Below are positions 31,809-41,694 of a stretch of 64,000 nt of DNA, piece by piece (the stretch's first letter is position 1; the number at the start of each line of letters is the position of its first letter). The stretch is from Clostridia bacterium. Its GTDB lineage: Bacteria; Bacillota; Clostridia; CAKSNL01; HGM11501. The notes under the pieces were generated by a model. That model was not told the origin of the DNA. It did no database searches and worked only from the letters and a program-made list of their open reading frames with translations. The translations under genes were made by a program, and so were the position numbers. The stretch covers positions 7,896 through 71,895 of the forward strand of contig CAAFWO010000040.1 in the NCBI GenBank assembly GCA_900766735.1, in the 5' to 3' direction.

Positions 31809-31839
31809 TCGGAACGGACTTTGATTCGTTCCGATTTTT
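31809..31839 (+). terminator. rho-independent terminator after tRNA-Gly
   Basis: TCGGAACG-loop-CGTTCCGA + TTTTT. Confidence 0.65.
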
Positions 31840-31850
31840 CTTTAAACAAA

Positions 31851-31882
31851 AGCCCTGCGTACTTTCATACGCAGGGCTTTTT
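31851..31882. terminator. bidirectional terminator (11-bp stem AGCCCTGCGTA/TACGCAGGGCT)
   Basis: perfect 11-bp stem, T-run on + side, A-run (T-run on minus) on other side; 2 nt below the stop of minus-strand gene 31884..32672. Confidence 0.75.
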
Positions 31883-31883
31883 G

Positions 31884-32672
31884 TCAGAAGAGCGCTTTAT
31901 CTGCCGCCGCTTCTTTATGTTCTTTAATATATTTTGTCCACTTAATATAGCCGTAGGTCGTATTTGTGAGGTAGCCGACCTTCAGGACAAGCAGAACGTA
32001 CTGGCCGGACAAAATGTTTATCGCCGACTCCAATATTGCGCTTATGTACCATGCGATCCACTGCTCGCGGTATCTTAAGAGTATGAATACGCCGTTAGCG
32101 ATGCCGACAGCAGAAGCGCACGCGTCCAGATAGCATACGATGTTTTCCAAAAGCTCGTTTCCGCCGAAAAGATCTGTTCCGATCTCAAGAGTAGTAAGGA
32201 AATAGCCTACCCCGAGCGTCCATACAACGATACCGGCAATGATCAGCACTTCGGCAAGACCGCTTAATTTCCGCACCTTGGTGACCTCGTCGTCAGCCTT
32301 ATCAGGATGTTTATTCCAGTTAATGAAACTTATTATGTCAATCGGAATCCAGAAAAAGAGCGTGGACGCCATCGTCGCAAATCTGTAGGACAAAACGATG
32401 CAAATCGCGATTTCGGTTATCTCGACCAAAAGCGAAACGATGAAATTCCATTTGCTCTGCTTTGAGATCAAAAGCTCGCAAAGTATGTTAAGAAACGTGT
32501 CTGCAAGATAAAGTCCCATTATGAGCGAGCCGTTAATTCCGTTAACGTCCTCCTCCGGGAACAAAAATGCGAATATAACAGCTAAAATAAGTATGCTGAA
32601 AAACCATATTTTCTCGTATGTCGTGAAATAATTCCACAGTTCCTTTGTTTTTTTCACAATTTTATTTTCCAT
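31884..32672 (-). CDS. polytopic membrane protein (possibly PnuC-like transporter)
   Basis: 262 aa, ~7 hydrophobic helices; no strong signature I can name. Confidence 0.35.
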   Translation of the reverse strand: MENKIVKKTKELWNYFTTYEKIWFFSILILAVIFAFLFPEEDVNGINGSLIMGLYLADTFLNILCELLISKQSKWNFIVSLLVEITEIAICIVLSYRFATMASTLFFWIPIDIISFINWNKHPDKADDEVTKVRKLSGLAEVLIIAGIVVWTLGVGYFLTTLEIGTDLFGGNELLENIVCYLDACASAVGIANGVFILLRYREQWIAWYISAILESAINILSGQYVLLVLKVGYLTNTTYGYIKWTKYIKEHKEAAADKALF

Positions 32673-33534
32673 CGGAATTTTTCTCCTTTATGTCATTTAG
32701 TTTAATTGCAAGATCGGAAAATTCATGCATTGAGAGCGTCTCTCCGCGGACATTGGAGTCATAGCCCATATCCTCCAAGATTCCCCTTATTTTTTCTTTT
32801 TCCCCGTAAAGCCCCGAGTTTGCAAGTGCGTTCAAAAGCGTTTTTCTCCTTTGGGAAAATGACGCTTTGACGAGACGGAAATAGTCCCTTTCCGGAGCAT
32901 CTACAGGCGGCGAAGGCAACAGCGTCAATTTAACCACTGCCGAATCAACCTTCGGCGCGGGAATGAATTTTGCCGCGGGCACAAGATCGGTTATTTCTGC
33001 ATCGGCATAATAAGATACCGCCAGCGTCAGCGCGCCGTAATCCTTCTTTCCGGGCTTTGCGACAATTCTTTCTGCAACCTCTTTCTGAACCATTATAATA
33101 ATGCTTGAAAACGAAAGCTTCTCTTCCAAAAGCTTCATCAGAATCGGGGTCGTGACATAGTAAGGCAGATTTGCCGCCACGCTTACCTGCATGCCCGAGA
33201 ACTCCTCATTTATGAGCTTTTTAATGTCGGTCTTCATAATATCGCCATAGTGCACGGAAACATTTGAAAAACCGGCAAGTGTTTCTTTGAGCACCGGTCG
33301 AAGAGTTTCGTCAAGCTCAACGGAAACCACTTTTTTAGCCACCGTTGCAAGTGCCGCTGTCAAAGTGCCGAATCCCGGACCGATTTCCAGAACGCCGTCT
33401 GTTCCGGCTGATTTAGCGATGCCGAAAAGCACCTCGCCATCTGTCAGAAAATTCTGTCCGTAGCTTTTCTTAAATGAAAATCCGAAGCTGTCACAAAGAT
33501 TTTTTATGACGGACGGTGACGTAAGATCATACAT
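32662..33534 (-). CDS. rsmA: 16S rRNA (adenine1518/1519-N6)-dimethyltransferase
   Basis: GQNFL motif, LEIGPGFGTLT SAM motif, 290 aa. Confidence 0.9.
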   Translation of the reverse strand: MYDLTSPSVIKNLCDSFGFSFKKSYGQNFLTDGEVLFGIAKSAGTDGVLEIGPGFGTLTAALATVAKKVVSVELDETLRPVLKETLAGFSNVSVHYGDIMKTDIKKLINEEFSGMQVSVAANLPYYVTTPILMKLLEEKLSFSSIIIMVQKEVAERIVAKPGKKDYGALTLAVSYYADAEITDLVPAAKFIPAPKVDSAVVKLTLLPSPPVDAPERDYFRLVKASFSQRRKTLLNALANSGLYGEKEKIRGILEDMGYDSNVRGETLSMHEFSDLAIKLNDIKEKNSDGK

Positions 33535-33539
33535 AAGTC

Positions 33540-34934
33540 TTAAACCGGATAGGTGTTGTTCTTCGTGTCGGCAAGCGACGAATCAACCTTATATTTCTTC
33601 GCCTGTCTTTCCTTGAAGAACTTTACCGCAACCTGTCCGAAAAGCGCATAGGACAAAACGTCCTCCTCCTGCTCTAAATACTGCTTCATTTCTTCTCTGT
33701 ATTTATCGAGCTCTTTCGGGATATTATCGGCCGGCCTGCATGTTATGGGCTTCTCGTCGCCGATGATCATCTTTCTGATTTCATCGCTTATGGGAGCCGG
33801 AGTCTTTCCGTACTCACCGCGGACGATGCCTTTCGTTTCGTTAGAGATCATCTTATATCTTTCGCCGCAGATAACGTTAAGAACTGCCTGAGTTCCGACG
33901 ATCTGGCTTGTAGGCGTTACGAGCGGAGGATAACCCAGATCCTCACGCACCCTCGGCACTTCCTTCAATACGGCGTCAAGCTGATCCTCTTTTCCCTGCT
34001 GTTTGAGCTGCGAAACGAGGTTTGAGAGCATTCCGCCGGGAACCTGATACCTGAGCGTGTTGATGTCAACCCCCAGAACCTTGGTATTCAAAAGGCCTTC
34101 CTCAAGATATTTCTCTCTTAAGCCCTTGAAGTATTCGGAGATCTCCGAAAGTGCGTCAAGGTTAAGTCCTGTGTCATACTTTGTGCCGGCAAGCGTCGCA
34201 ACAAGCGGCTCTGTCGGGGGCTGTGATGTGCCCAAGGCAAGTGGAGACAATGCGGTGTCAACAATGTCGCACCCTGCCTCGATCGCCTTAAGATATGTCA
34301 TTGAAGCAACACCGCTCGTGTAGTGAGTGTGAAGCTCGATCGGAATCTTAACGCTCTCTTTTAACGCCTTGACGAGGTCATATGCCGTATAAGGCACCAA
34401 AAGTCCCGCCATATCCTTTATGCAGATGCTGTCCGCACCCATATTTTCAAGCTCTTTCGCCATTTTAACAAAGCTTTCGGTCGTATGTACGGGGCTTATG
34501 GTGTACGAAATCGCCGCCTGAACATGGCCGCCCTCTTTCTTTGTCGCGTTAATAGCCGTCTTTAAGTTTCTGGTATCGTTAAGCGCGTCGAATATTCTTA
34601 TGATGTCAATTCCGTTTGCTATCGACTTCTGAACGAAATATTCAACAACGTCGTCTCCGTAATGCTTATATCCGAGTATATTCTGACCTCTGAAAAGCAT
34701 CTGGAGCTTCGTGTTTTTAACTTTAGCTCTGATCTTTCTGAGTCTTTCCCACGGGTCTTCGTTTAAGAAACGCAGGCATGCGTCAAACGTTGCTCCGCCC
34801 CATGCTTCCAAAGCGTTATATCCGATCTTATCTAATGCTTCGAGGACCGGCAACATTTCCTCAGTTGTCATTCTTGTCGCAATCAGTGACTGATGTGCGT
34901 CACGGAGGATCGTTTCAGTGATTTTAACACCCAT
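33540..34934 (-). CDS. oxaloacetate/pyruvate carboxyltransferase (OadA/5S-type) subunit lacking a biotinyl domain
   Basis: 464 aa; N-terminus KITETILRDAHQSLIATRM (carboxyltransferase TIM barrel), no C-terminal AMKM biotin motif. Confidence 0.75.
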   Translation of the reverse strand: MGVKITETILRDAHQSLIATRMTTEEMLPVLEALDKIGYNALEAWGGATFDACLRFLNEDPWERLRKIRAKVKNTKLQMLFRGQNILGYKHYGDDVVEYFVQKSIANGIDIIRIFDALNDTRNLKTAINATKKEGGHVQAAISYTISPVHTTESFVKMAKELENMGADSICIKDMAGLLVPYTAYDLVKALKESVKIPIELHTHYTSGVASMTYLKAIEAGCDIVDTALSPLALGTSQPPTEPLVATLAGTKYDTGLNLDALSEISEYFKGLREKYLEEGLLNTKVLGVDINTLRYQVPGGMLSNLVSQLKQQGKEDQLDAVLKEVPRVREDLGYPPLVTPTSQIVGTQAVLNVICGERYKMISNETKGIVRGEYGKTPAPISDEIRKMIIGDEKPITCRPADNIPKELDKYREEMKQYLEQEEDVLSYALFGQVAVKFFKERQAKKYKVDSSLADTKNNTYPV

Positions 34935-34958
34935 AATATATCTCCTATTCTGAATTAA

Positions 34959-36161
34959 TTATTTAAACATCGCAAGGAACACGCCTGCCGCAACGGCTGA
35001 GCCGATAACCCCGGCAACGTTGGGTCCCATCGCGTGCATGAGAAGGAAGTTTCCGGGGTTCTCCTCCTGTCCGACCTTCTGCGAAACTCTCGCAGCCATG
35101 GGAACTGCGGAAACACCTGCAGAACCGATGAGCGGATTGATCTTGCCGCCGGATACTTTATACATTATCTTGCCGAACAAAAGTCCTCCTGCGGTTGAGA
35201 TCGAGAACGCAACAAGGCCGAGTATAACTATCTTTATCGTGCTCCAGTTAAGGAAGTTTTCTGCTGTTGCCGTTGCGCCGACAGTCACGCCCAAGAATAT
35301 TGTTATAATATTCATAAGCTCGTTTTGCGCTGTCTTTGAAAGTCTCTCAACAACTCCGGTCTCCTTAAACAGATTTCCGAGCATGAGCATTCCGACAAGC
35401 GGAACGGCATCCGGAACTATAAGCCCGACAACGATGGTAACAAGGATCGGGAAAATGATCTTTTCTTTTTTAGATACCGGTCTTAACTGCTCCATAACGA
35501 CAGAGCGCTCTTTTTTCGTTGTCATCAGCTTCATAATGGGCGGCTGTATCATCGGAATAAGCGCCATATAAGAATATGCCGCGATGGCAATAGCCGGAAG
35601 AAGATTCGGCGCAAGTGCCTTGGTGACATATATCGCCGTCGGTCCGTCAGCTCCGCCGATAATACCGATAGCACAGCTCTCTTTAATCGTAAATCCTAAA
35701 ATATTTGCACCTAAAAACGTTACGAAAACGCCAAGCTGAGCCGCCGCACCCAAAAGAATGCTCTTGGGGTTTGCGATAAGCGGACCGAAATCCGTCATCG
35801 CTCCGATTCCCAGGAATATGAGCGGCGGATAAATTCCGAGCTTAACGCCCAGATACAAAAGATCCAAAAGACCGCCCTCGTGCAATACCAATCCGTAATC
35901 TATTGTTTCCTGCGTAAAATAATCCGCATGGAAAACGCCCGATCCCGGAAGATTCGCAAGAGCCATACCGAATGCTATCGGCAAAAGAAGCATCGGCTCA
36001 AAGCCTTTCACTATCGCAAGGTACATAAGCACGCATGCGATTGCGATCATAACGAGGTTTAATAGATTTCCGTTATCTAAAGCAGCATCGAAAAGCTTTG
36101 CCACACCGGTTTCGGCAGCAAAGTTCGTTATGCCGTCTCTGAAATAATCAATAAAACTCAA
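34959..36161 (-). CDS. Na+-translocating decarboxylase beta subunit (OadB/MmdB/GcdB family)
   Basis: 400 aa integral membrane protein, conserved beta-subunit N-terminus MSFIDYFRDGITNF. Confidence 0.8.
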   Translation of the reverse strand: MSFIDYFRDGITNFAAETGVAKLFDAALDNGNLLNLVMIAIACVLMYLAIVKGFEPMLLLPIAFGMALANLPGSGVFHADYFTQETIDYGLVLHEGGLLDLLYLGVKLGIYPPLIFLGIGAMTDFGPLIANPKSILLGAAAQLGVFVTFLGANILGFTIKESCAIGIIGGADGPTAIYVTKALAPNLLPAIAIAAYSYMALIPMIQPPIMKLMTTKKERSVVMEQLRPVSKKEKIIFPILVTIVVGLIVPDAVPLVGMLMLGNLFKETGVVERLSKTAQNELMNIITIFLGVTVGATATAENFLNWSTIKIVILGLVAFSISTAGGLLFGKIMYKVSGGKINPLIGSAGVSAVPMAARVSQKVGQEENPGNFLLMHAMGPNVAGVIGSAVAAGVFLAMFK

Positions 36162-36175
36162 TGCTATCCCCTCCG

Positions 36176-36556
36176 TTAATTAAGGGTTACGATCACATCA
36201 CCCGTGTTTACAGACTGCCCCTGGGAGACAGCAACGCTTGCTACGACCGCATCCTCGGGAGCCATGATTTCATTTTCCATTTTCATTGCTTCAAGAACAG
36301 CTACGACCTGGCCTTTTTTGATGGACTCGCCGGCCGTTACTTTAACAGCATTGATTGTTCCGGGCATAGGCGCTTTTATGGACGAAGAACCGGCATTTAC
36401 GGGTGCGGGTGCCGGAGCAGGAGCGCTCTTTGTCTCATTAACGGGCGCAGAAACAGCCGGTGCCGCCGGAGCTGTGAACGAAGGAGCCGAAGAGCCAACC
36501 TCCTCAACCTCAACCTCATAAGCTTTTCCGTTTACTTTTATATTGAACTTTTTCAT
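36176..36556 (-). CDS. biotin carboxyl carrier protein (biotinyl-domain subunit)
   Basis: 126 aa; Ala/Pro-rich linker then biotinylation motif EAMKMENEI. Confidence 0.85.
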   Translation of the reverse strand: MKKFNIKVNGKAYEVEVEEVGSSAPSFTAPAAPAVSAPVNETKSAPAPAPAPVNAGSSSIKAPMPGTINAVKVTAGESIKKGQVVAVLEAMKMENEIMAPEDAVVASVAVSQGQSVNTGDVIVTLN

Positions 36557-36586
36557 TATAATCTTCCTTTCTTGTGAAGGCTTGTT

Positions 36587-36877
36587 TTAAGAGAGCCTTT
36601 TATAAGATCTTATCTTAAATCCGGATACCGGAGTGTTGATCGACGCCGCAACGGCTGCCGCCAGAACGGCGATAAGCTCGTCCTCATCTTCGGCCTCGGC
36701 CTTGCTTTCGGTAACCAAAGCCGGTGCAGATGCGGGAGATTCTTCTTTAACCTCCGCTTCATTCGACGGAGCAAAAAGCTTCATCAGGTTTAATATTAAC
36801 ATCAAAATAATGAGTACGGCAAAAACGATCAAAACGCCAAAAACGGTTACCGCAAGAACCTGTGTTATATTTCCCAT
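36587..36877 (-). CDS. small membrane subunit of Na+-pumping decarboxylase (OadG/delta-like)
   Basis: 96 aa, single N-terminal TM helix then Ala/Glu-rich tail. Confidence 0.6.
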   Translation of the reverse strand: MGNITQVLAVTVFGVLIVFAVLIILMLILNLMKLFAPSNEAEVKEESPASAPALVTESKAEAEDEDELIAVLAAAVAASINTPVSGFKIRSYKRLS

Positions 36878-36889
36878 AGCTACATCTCC

Positions 36890-38308
36890 TTACAGCGCAA
36901 GGCCGGAATGCTTTTTTTGCACGTTTCTGTTTTTCGTATAGAGCATTTCAAATGCCGCAGCAAGGCGCGGTCTTGTCGTTTCGGGCTCGATTACATCGTC
37001 GATAAATCCGGTCGATGCCGCATTTAATGCATTTGCCTCGTTATTTATGTAGTCTGCCTTTATCGTGTCCTTATCCGTTACGCCGTTCTTGCCGTATAAA
37101 AGAACCGTCGCCATATCGGGCGAGATCGTCCCGATAACAGCCTCGGGCCAAGCAATGACAAAGTCAGCTCCTACAGCTCTTGAACCCATTATGATTCCGG
37201 CACTCGCGCATGCGCTCTTAGTGATGAGTGTTACCTTCGGAACTGTCGCAAAGCTGTACGCATAAGAAAGCGCGGCCGCGCTCTTTAATATCTTACCGTG
37301 TTCTTCCGCTATCGAGGCCTTGAAGCCTTCTGCCTCACACAGTGTGAGAACAGGAATATTGAACGCGTCGGCAAATTTGACCATCTTGACCGCCTTTTCA
37401 AACGCAGACGAATCAAGCTCGTTTCCGCCGGCAACAACGGCAATCGTACGGCCGTTGATCTTAATAAATCCTGTTTCGATGCTCGTTGCATACTCTTCGG
37501 CAACCGGAAGATAAATTCCGTTGTCCGATATTGCCCTGATCGTGTCGCCCAACGAAGCGCCGTTTCCGAACACATTCGAAATTCTGTTAAGGTCGTCCGT
37601 GCACTCGTCCTCCGGCGCATGCTCTGCGGAGCATCCGGGCAAAAGCGCGATAAGTTCTTTAACCTTTGCGATCGCCGCAGCAGAGTCAGCCACAACAAAA
37701 TCGGCATTGCCGTTTATTTTCGAATTAACAAGAGGGCTGGACACATCGCCTTTATCTCTGCCGGACTCGCTTGAAAGCGCCTCTCCGGTCAGCATAAGGC
37801 GGCTCTTCTCGGTCATGATAACAAAATCCGAAAGAGCGGGAACTATTGCGCATCCGCCTGCGCATGTTCCGAAAACTACCGAAACCGTCAAAACCGTGCC
37901 GGAAAGCGCGGCATACTCGGAATAAAGCATTCCGAGCGAATTTAACGCCTCTGCCTTGTCGTCAAGCTTCACGGTGCAGTCGTCCAAAAGTGCCACGACC
38001 GGAGCACCTGTCAGCCTCGCCGTTTTTAAGGTTTTTAATATTTTCTTTGCCTGTTCTTTTCCGAACGCGCCCTCAGGCGAACCGTCATTTGCATAAACAA
38101 AGACAGACCTTGAGTCCACCGTTCCGTAACCTGTGATTACTCCTTCGTTTACAGCGCCGCCCGCTTTTCCCGAAAACATATCGGTCTCAATAAAGCTTCC
38201 CTCGTCAAAAAGAAGATTTATTCTTTCGCGCGCAGACGATCCGTTTTTTCCGGAGCCTGACTGCATAACTGCGTTTCTGCGGTCAATAAGCTCTTTTCTT
38301 TTATCCAA
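36890..38308 (-). CDS. acyl-CoA carboxyltransferase (methylmalonyl-CoA decarboxylase alpha / propionyl-CoA carboxylase beta-like, 12S-type)
   Basis: 472 aa; duplicated crotonase-like carboxyltransferase domains. Confidence 0.75.
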   Translation of the reverse strand: MDKRKELIDRRNAVMQSGSGKNGSSARERINLLFDEGSFIETDMFSGKAGGAVNEGVITGYGTVDSRSVFVYANDGSPEGAFGKEQAKKILKTLKTARLTGAPVVALLDDCTVKLDDKAEALNSLGMLYSEYAALSGTVLTVSVVFGTCAGGCAIVPALSDFVIMTEKSRLMLTGEALSSESGRDKGDVSSPLVNSKINGNADFVVADSAAAIAKVKELIALLPGCSAEHAPEDECTDDLNRISNVFGNGASLGDTIRAISDNGIYLPVAEEYATSIETGFIKINGRTIAVVAGGNELDSSAFEKAVKMVKFADAFNIPVLTLCEAEGFKASIAEEHGKILKSAAALSYAYSFATVPKVTLITKSACASAGIIMGSRAVGADFVIAWPEAVIGTISPDMATVLLYGKNGVTDKDTIKADYINNEANALNAASTGFIDDVIEPETTRPRLAAAFEMLYTKNRNVQKKHSGLAL

Positions 38309-38445
38309 ACGTATCCCTCCTGTAGTATTATTTTAAGTAAATTTAAAATCAACTCCAATTTAAAAAAATTCGGCGTCCCCTCCTCTTTTACCTCTCTGTT
38401 TTTTATACAAAAACCGATTCGGGGTTTGACGAATTTTTGTGCATA

Positions 38446-38796
38446 TTAATCTTTGCAATGCCTTCCAGGAATGAAAAATCCTTCAAGCGAGACGGTCATA
38501 TCTTTTTCAAAATGCATCCGCTCGCAAAGGTCGGCAAGATCGCTGTTGATACAGCGCGCCATTTTCATTTTATGCCTTTCGGCATAGTTTAACATCGCGA
38601 GAAACATCAATAGTCTCGCGTCATCATACGGTGCGTCGACACTCTTTATTATAACAGTTTCGCCCTCGTTCTCACAGATCGCCGTGCCCTTGAAAACGCC
38701 CTCTTCGTTGAGCGCGAAAAGCATTTCGTTATCTCCGAGTGAAGGATAAATACTTTCAGCGATTTCTCGGTTATCTATGTAGTGGATCTTAAACAT
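38446..38796 (-). CDS. hypothetical protein
   Basis: 116 aa ORF, 2 nt downstream of rluB-like gene on same strand. Confidence 0.4.
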   Translation of the reverse strand: MFKIHYIDNREIAESIYPSLGDNEMLFALNEEGVFKGTAICENEGETVIIKSVDAPYDDARLLMFLAMLNYAERHKMKMARCINSDLADLCERMHFEKDMTVSLEGFFIPGRHCKD

Positions 38797-38798
38797 AA

Positions 38799-39521
38799 TT
38801 ATCCCTCGTTTTTATATGTTTTGATAAGTGCCGTTTCCGCCTTTGTAAACTCCCTGTACGTCCCCGGCGCAATATTGCCGAGTGTAAATTTGCCGACGGC
38901 GGTTCTTTTAAGCGCCGTCACGAAACAGCCGACCGAGGTGAACATTTTTTTGACCTGCCTGTTTCTGCCCTCGTGGATTACGATTCTTACATCCGTGAAA
39001 TTTTCACCGGCTTTTAATATCTTCACTTTTGCAGGAGCGGTCTTTTTCCCGTCGATAACGACCCCGGCACGCAGTTTTTCGGCCTTTTCCTCATTAAATT
39101 CACCTTTGACCCGCGCAAGATACACCTTTTCAATACTTTTCTTCGGATGCGCGATAGCATTTGCAAAATCGCCGTCGTTAGTCATAAGGAGAAGCCCTTC
39201 GGTGTCATAGTCAAGCCTTCCGACGGGGTATATTCTCTCTTTTATGTCGGAGACAAGCTCCATAACGGTCTTCCTGTCGAAATTATCTTTAGCGGTCGTG
39301 ATATAGCCCTTCGGTTTATTTAATATGATGTAGCGCTTTGTGCTTTCAATTTTTACATTTTTTCCGTCAAGCGTCACACGGTCGGACTCCTCATCGACCG
39401 TACTGCCCATTTCGGTTATGAGCGATCCGTTTACTTTGACTCTTCCTTCTTTTATCAGCTCCTCTGCCCTTCTTCGCGACGCAACGCCGGAAAGCGCAAG
39501 GAACTTTTGCAATCTCATCAT
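38799..39521 (-). CDS. rRNA pseudouridine synthase, RsuA/RluB family (S4 domain + PseudoU_synth_2)
   Basis: N-terminal S4 motif MRLQKFLALSGVASRRRAEELIKEGRVKVNG; catalytic GRLD. Confidence 0.85.
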   Translation of the reverse strand: MMRLQKFLALSGVASRRRAEELIKEGRVKVNGSLITEMGSTVDEESDRVTLDGKNVKIESTKRYIILNKPKGYITTAKDNFDRKTVMELVSDIKERIYPVGRLDYDTEGLLLMTNDGDFANAIAHPKKSIEKVYLARVKGEFNEEKAEKLRAGVVIDGKKTAPAKVKILKAGENFTDVRIVIHEGRNRQVKKMFTSVGCFVTALKRTAVGKFTLGNIAPGTYREFTKAETALIKTYKNEG

Positions 39522-39525
39522 CGGT

Positions 39526-40665
39526 TTACCTCATCTGCTCTAAAAGTATTTTGATCAAAAAAATATATCTTTCTTTATATTCATAAGAAAGATCGTTTTT
39601 CTCGGCATTCTGCGACGCCGTAAGATTGACCGTCGTTATATACAGGCCGTTATTATATACATCGGCACTGCCGATTATGTCGTTTTTTGACACCGGCGCG
39701 CCGAGTTCTTCTTTTATGTTGTATCTCACAGAAATACCAAGAGGGTCGCGGCACTCCTTTAAGTAAAGGTCTCTGTCCGCTGAATACGGGAGTTTTTCCC
39801 TGCTTCCCGCAACCTCAATAGTGCCAAGTGTCTCGCCTTTTTCGAATACGCATTTTGTGCTTTTATATTCGGAAAATGCGAGATCCAATAGCTTTTTGTG
39901 ATCCTCCCAGTCGTTGGGATCAGAAAGCGTTACGACGATCGCTCCGAAGCCGTCCTTCTCCGCCGATGAAACAAGGCATCGGCCGGACTTTTTGGTATAT
40001 CCGGTTTTAATACCGTTTGCACCCGGATAAGAAGCCAGGAGCTTGTTATGATTTTTGAGTGATCTGTCCCGCTCCTTGCCCTGCCACGGAATTTTATAAT
40101 TTTGCGTGGAAACTATCTTCTTAAAGTCCTCGTTTTGCATCGCATATCTTGCGATCAGTGCAAGGTCGCGCGCGGTGGTATAATGGTTTTCATCATCAAG
40201 TCCGCTGGCAGTCACGCAGTTTGTGCTGTTTGCGCCGGCCATTTTACACGTTTCGTTCATTAAAGCGGCAAATGCGCCCTCACTTCCCGAAATATGCTCC
40301 GCGATCGCGACTGCCGCGTCGTTCCCGGATTCTAACATCAGCGCATACAATAAGTCGACCAGCTTAAGCTTTTCGCCTTCGGTGAGCCAGACGCTCGACC
40401 CCTCTGTCGCCGCCGCGTTGGCAGAAACGGTGACTGTGTCGTCGACACTACAGTTTTCAAGCGCCGTTATCGCGGTGATTATTTTCGTCGTGCTCGCCAT
40501 CGGGAGCTTTTCGTCTGCGTTTTTTTCAAAAATAATCCCGAAGGTTTCAGCATCAACACAGATCGCTGAGCGCGCCGAAACCTCCGGCTCATTTGCAAGG
40601 ACTTTTAATTGCATCGTCAAAAGTGCCAACAAACATAAAGTCAGTTTCTTAAAAATACCAATCAC
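39526..40665 (-). CDS. D-alanyl-D-alanine carboxypeptidase (PBP5-type serine peptidase)
   Basis: signal peptide; SxxK (ASTTKIIT), SGN, KTG motifs. Confidence 0.85.
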   Translation of the reverse strand: MIGIFKKLTLCLLALLTMQLKVLANEPEVSARSAICVDAETFGIIFEKNADEKLPMASTTKIITAITALENCSVDDTVTVSANAAATEGSSVWLTEGEKLKLVDLLYALMLESGNDAAVAIAEHISGSEGAFAALMNETCKMAGANSTNCVTASGLDDENHYTTARDLALIARYAMQNEDFKKIVSTQNYKIPWQGKERDRSLKNHNKLLASYPGANGIKTGYTKKSGRCLVSSAEKDGFGAIVVTLSDPNDWEDHKKLLDLAFSEYKSTKCVFEKGETLGTIEVAGSREKLPYSADRDLYLKECRDPLGISVRYNIKEELGAPVSKNDIIGSADVYNNGLYITTVNLTASQNAEKNDLSYEYKERYIFLIKILLEQMR

Positions 40666-40712
40666 CTGCCATAACTAATGTATATGCACAAGATCCGGTA
40701 TTTTTACTTTAA

Positions 40713-41108
40713 TTATTCGTCGTCTTCCTTATTTTCCTTGATGATGGAATTGATCTTATCGATCATCTTCGGAACGAACTCAAAGAGCTTGTCCACCGAC
40801 GTGGAGGAAGTCGTCTCGATCGGGAGCATCTTGATCTGATCCTGGCCGACGACCAAAAATCCGACGGGCTTTATCGAAACTCCCGCGCCGCTTCCGCCGC
40901 CGAAAGGCGAATCCTCAGCCGTTGCCGAAACGCCCTTTATCGGAATATTGGAACCGCCCGCGCCAAAGCCGAATGCAACCTTTGAAACCGGAATGATCGT
41001 CGTTCCGTCCGGCGTCTGAACCGGGTCTCCGATAATGGTGTTAACGTCAACCATTTCCTTGATGTTCTTCATTGATGATTCCATAAGTCCTTCAATTGGA
41101 TGTGCCAT
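40713..41108 (-). CDS. ytfJ: sporulation protein YtfJ/GerW
   Basis: 131 aa; near-identical family N-terminus MAHPIEGLMESSMKNIKEMVDVNTIIGDPVQTPDGTTIIPVSKVAFGFGAGG. Confidence 0.8.
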   Translation of the reverse strand: MAHPIEGLMESSMKNIKEMVDVNTIIGDPVQTPDGTTIIPVSKVAFGFGAGGSNIPIKGVSATAEDSPFGGGSGAGVSIKPVGFLVVGQDQIKMLPIETTSSTSVDKLFEFVPKMIDKINSIIKENKEDDE

Positions 41109-41114
41109 AAAAAA

Positions 41115-41672
41115 TCAACCCTTTCTTTTGTTATATGATTTGTATTTTTTATAAAATTTAACCGCGGTATACAGTGCCTTTGCCGCATTGGTTTTGACCC
41201 TTAATTCAAACTCTAAATTAAACTTAGGTTCGTCCTCATAACACGGGCTTATCGTTATGACGGGCGGATTTACGGTAAAAATGCAGGAGACAAGGCCGAT
41301 GAATTTATAAATTTCGGCATAAGCTATTCCGAGCAGAAACCCGGTTGCCGCCGCATCTCCGCTTCCGTAAAGCGCCGAAAGCTCCAGCTTTTCGACTTTC
41401 ACGGTGCGCCTTATGGCTCTTGACGATTCATAAAGCGCGCTAAGCAAATTGATGCCGTCGTCAAATGACAGTTTCTTTTCGTTCCCGGCTTTTTTTTCAC
41501 CCTCGGCCGGCGCTTTTTTCTTTACTTTATCCGCCTTTTTCATTTTGATGCGAAAAGGCCCGGCCGCAAGGTCAATCTTAATTTTTTTTGCCTTATACGA
41601 TACATCGGCCTTAAGCGGAATAAAAAGGATGAGCGCCAAAGCAAGTATTATTGCCGCTATGATAATGATCAT
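41115..41672 (-). CDS. DUF2953-type membrane protein (YtfI-like, partner of YtfJ)
   Basis: 185 aa, N-terminal TM helix, conserved position upstream of ytfJ. Confidence 0.55.
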   Translation of the reverse strand: MIIIIAAIILALALILFIPLKADVSYKAKKIKIDLAAGPFRIKMKKADKVKKKAPAEGEKKAGNEKKLSFDDGINLLSALYESSRAIRRTVKVEKLELSALYGSGDAAATGFLLGIAYAEIYKFIGLVSCIFTVNPPVITISPCYEDEPKFNLEFELRVKTNAAKALYTAVKFYKKYKSYNKRKG

Positions 41673-41694
41673 CGCTTAAACACACCCTTTAAAA

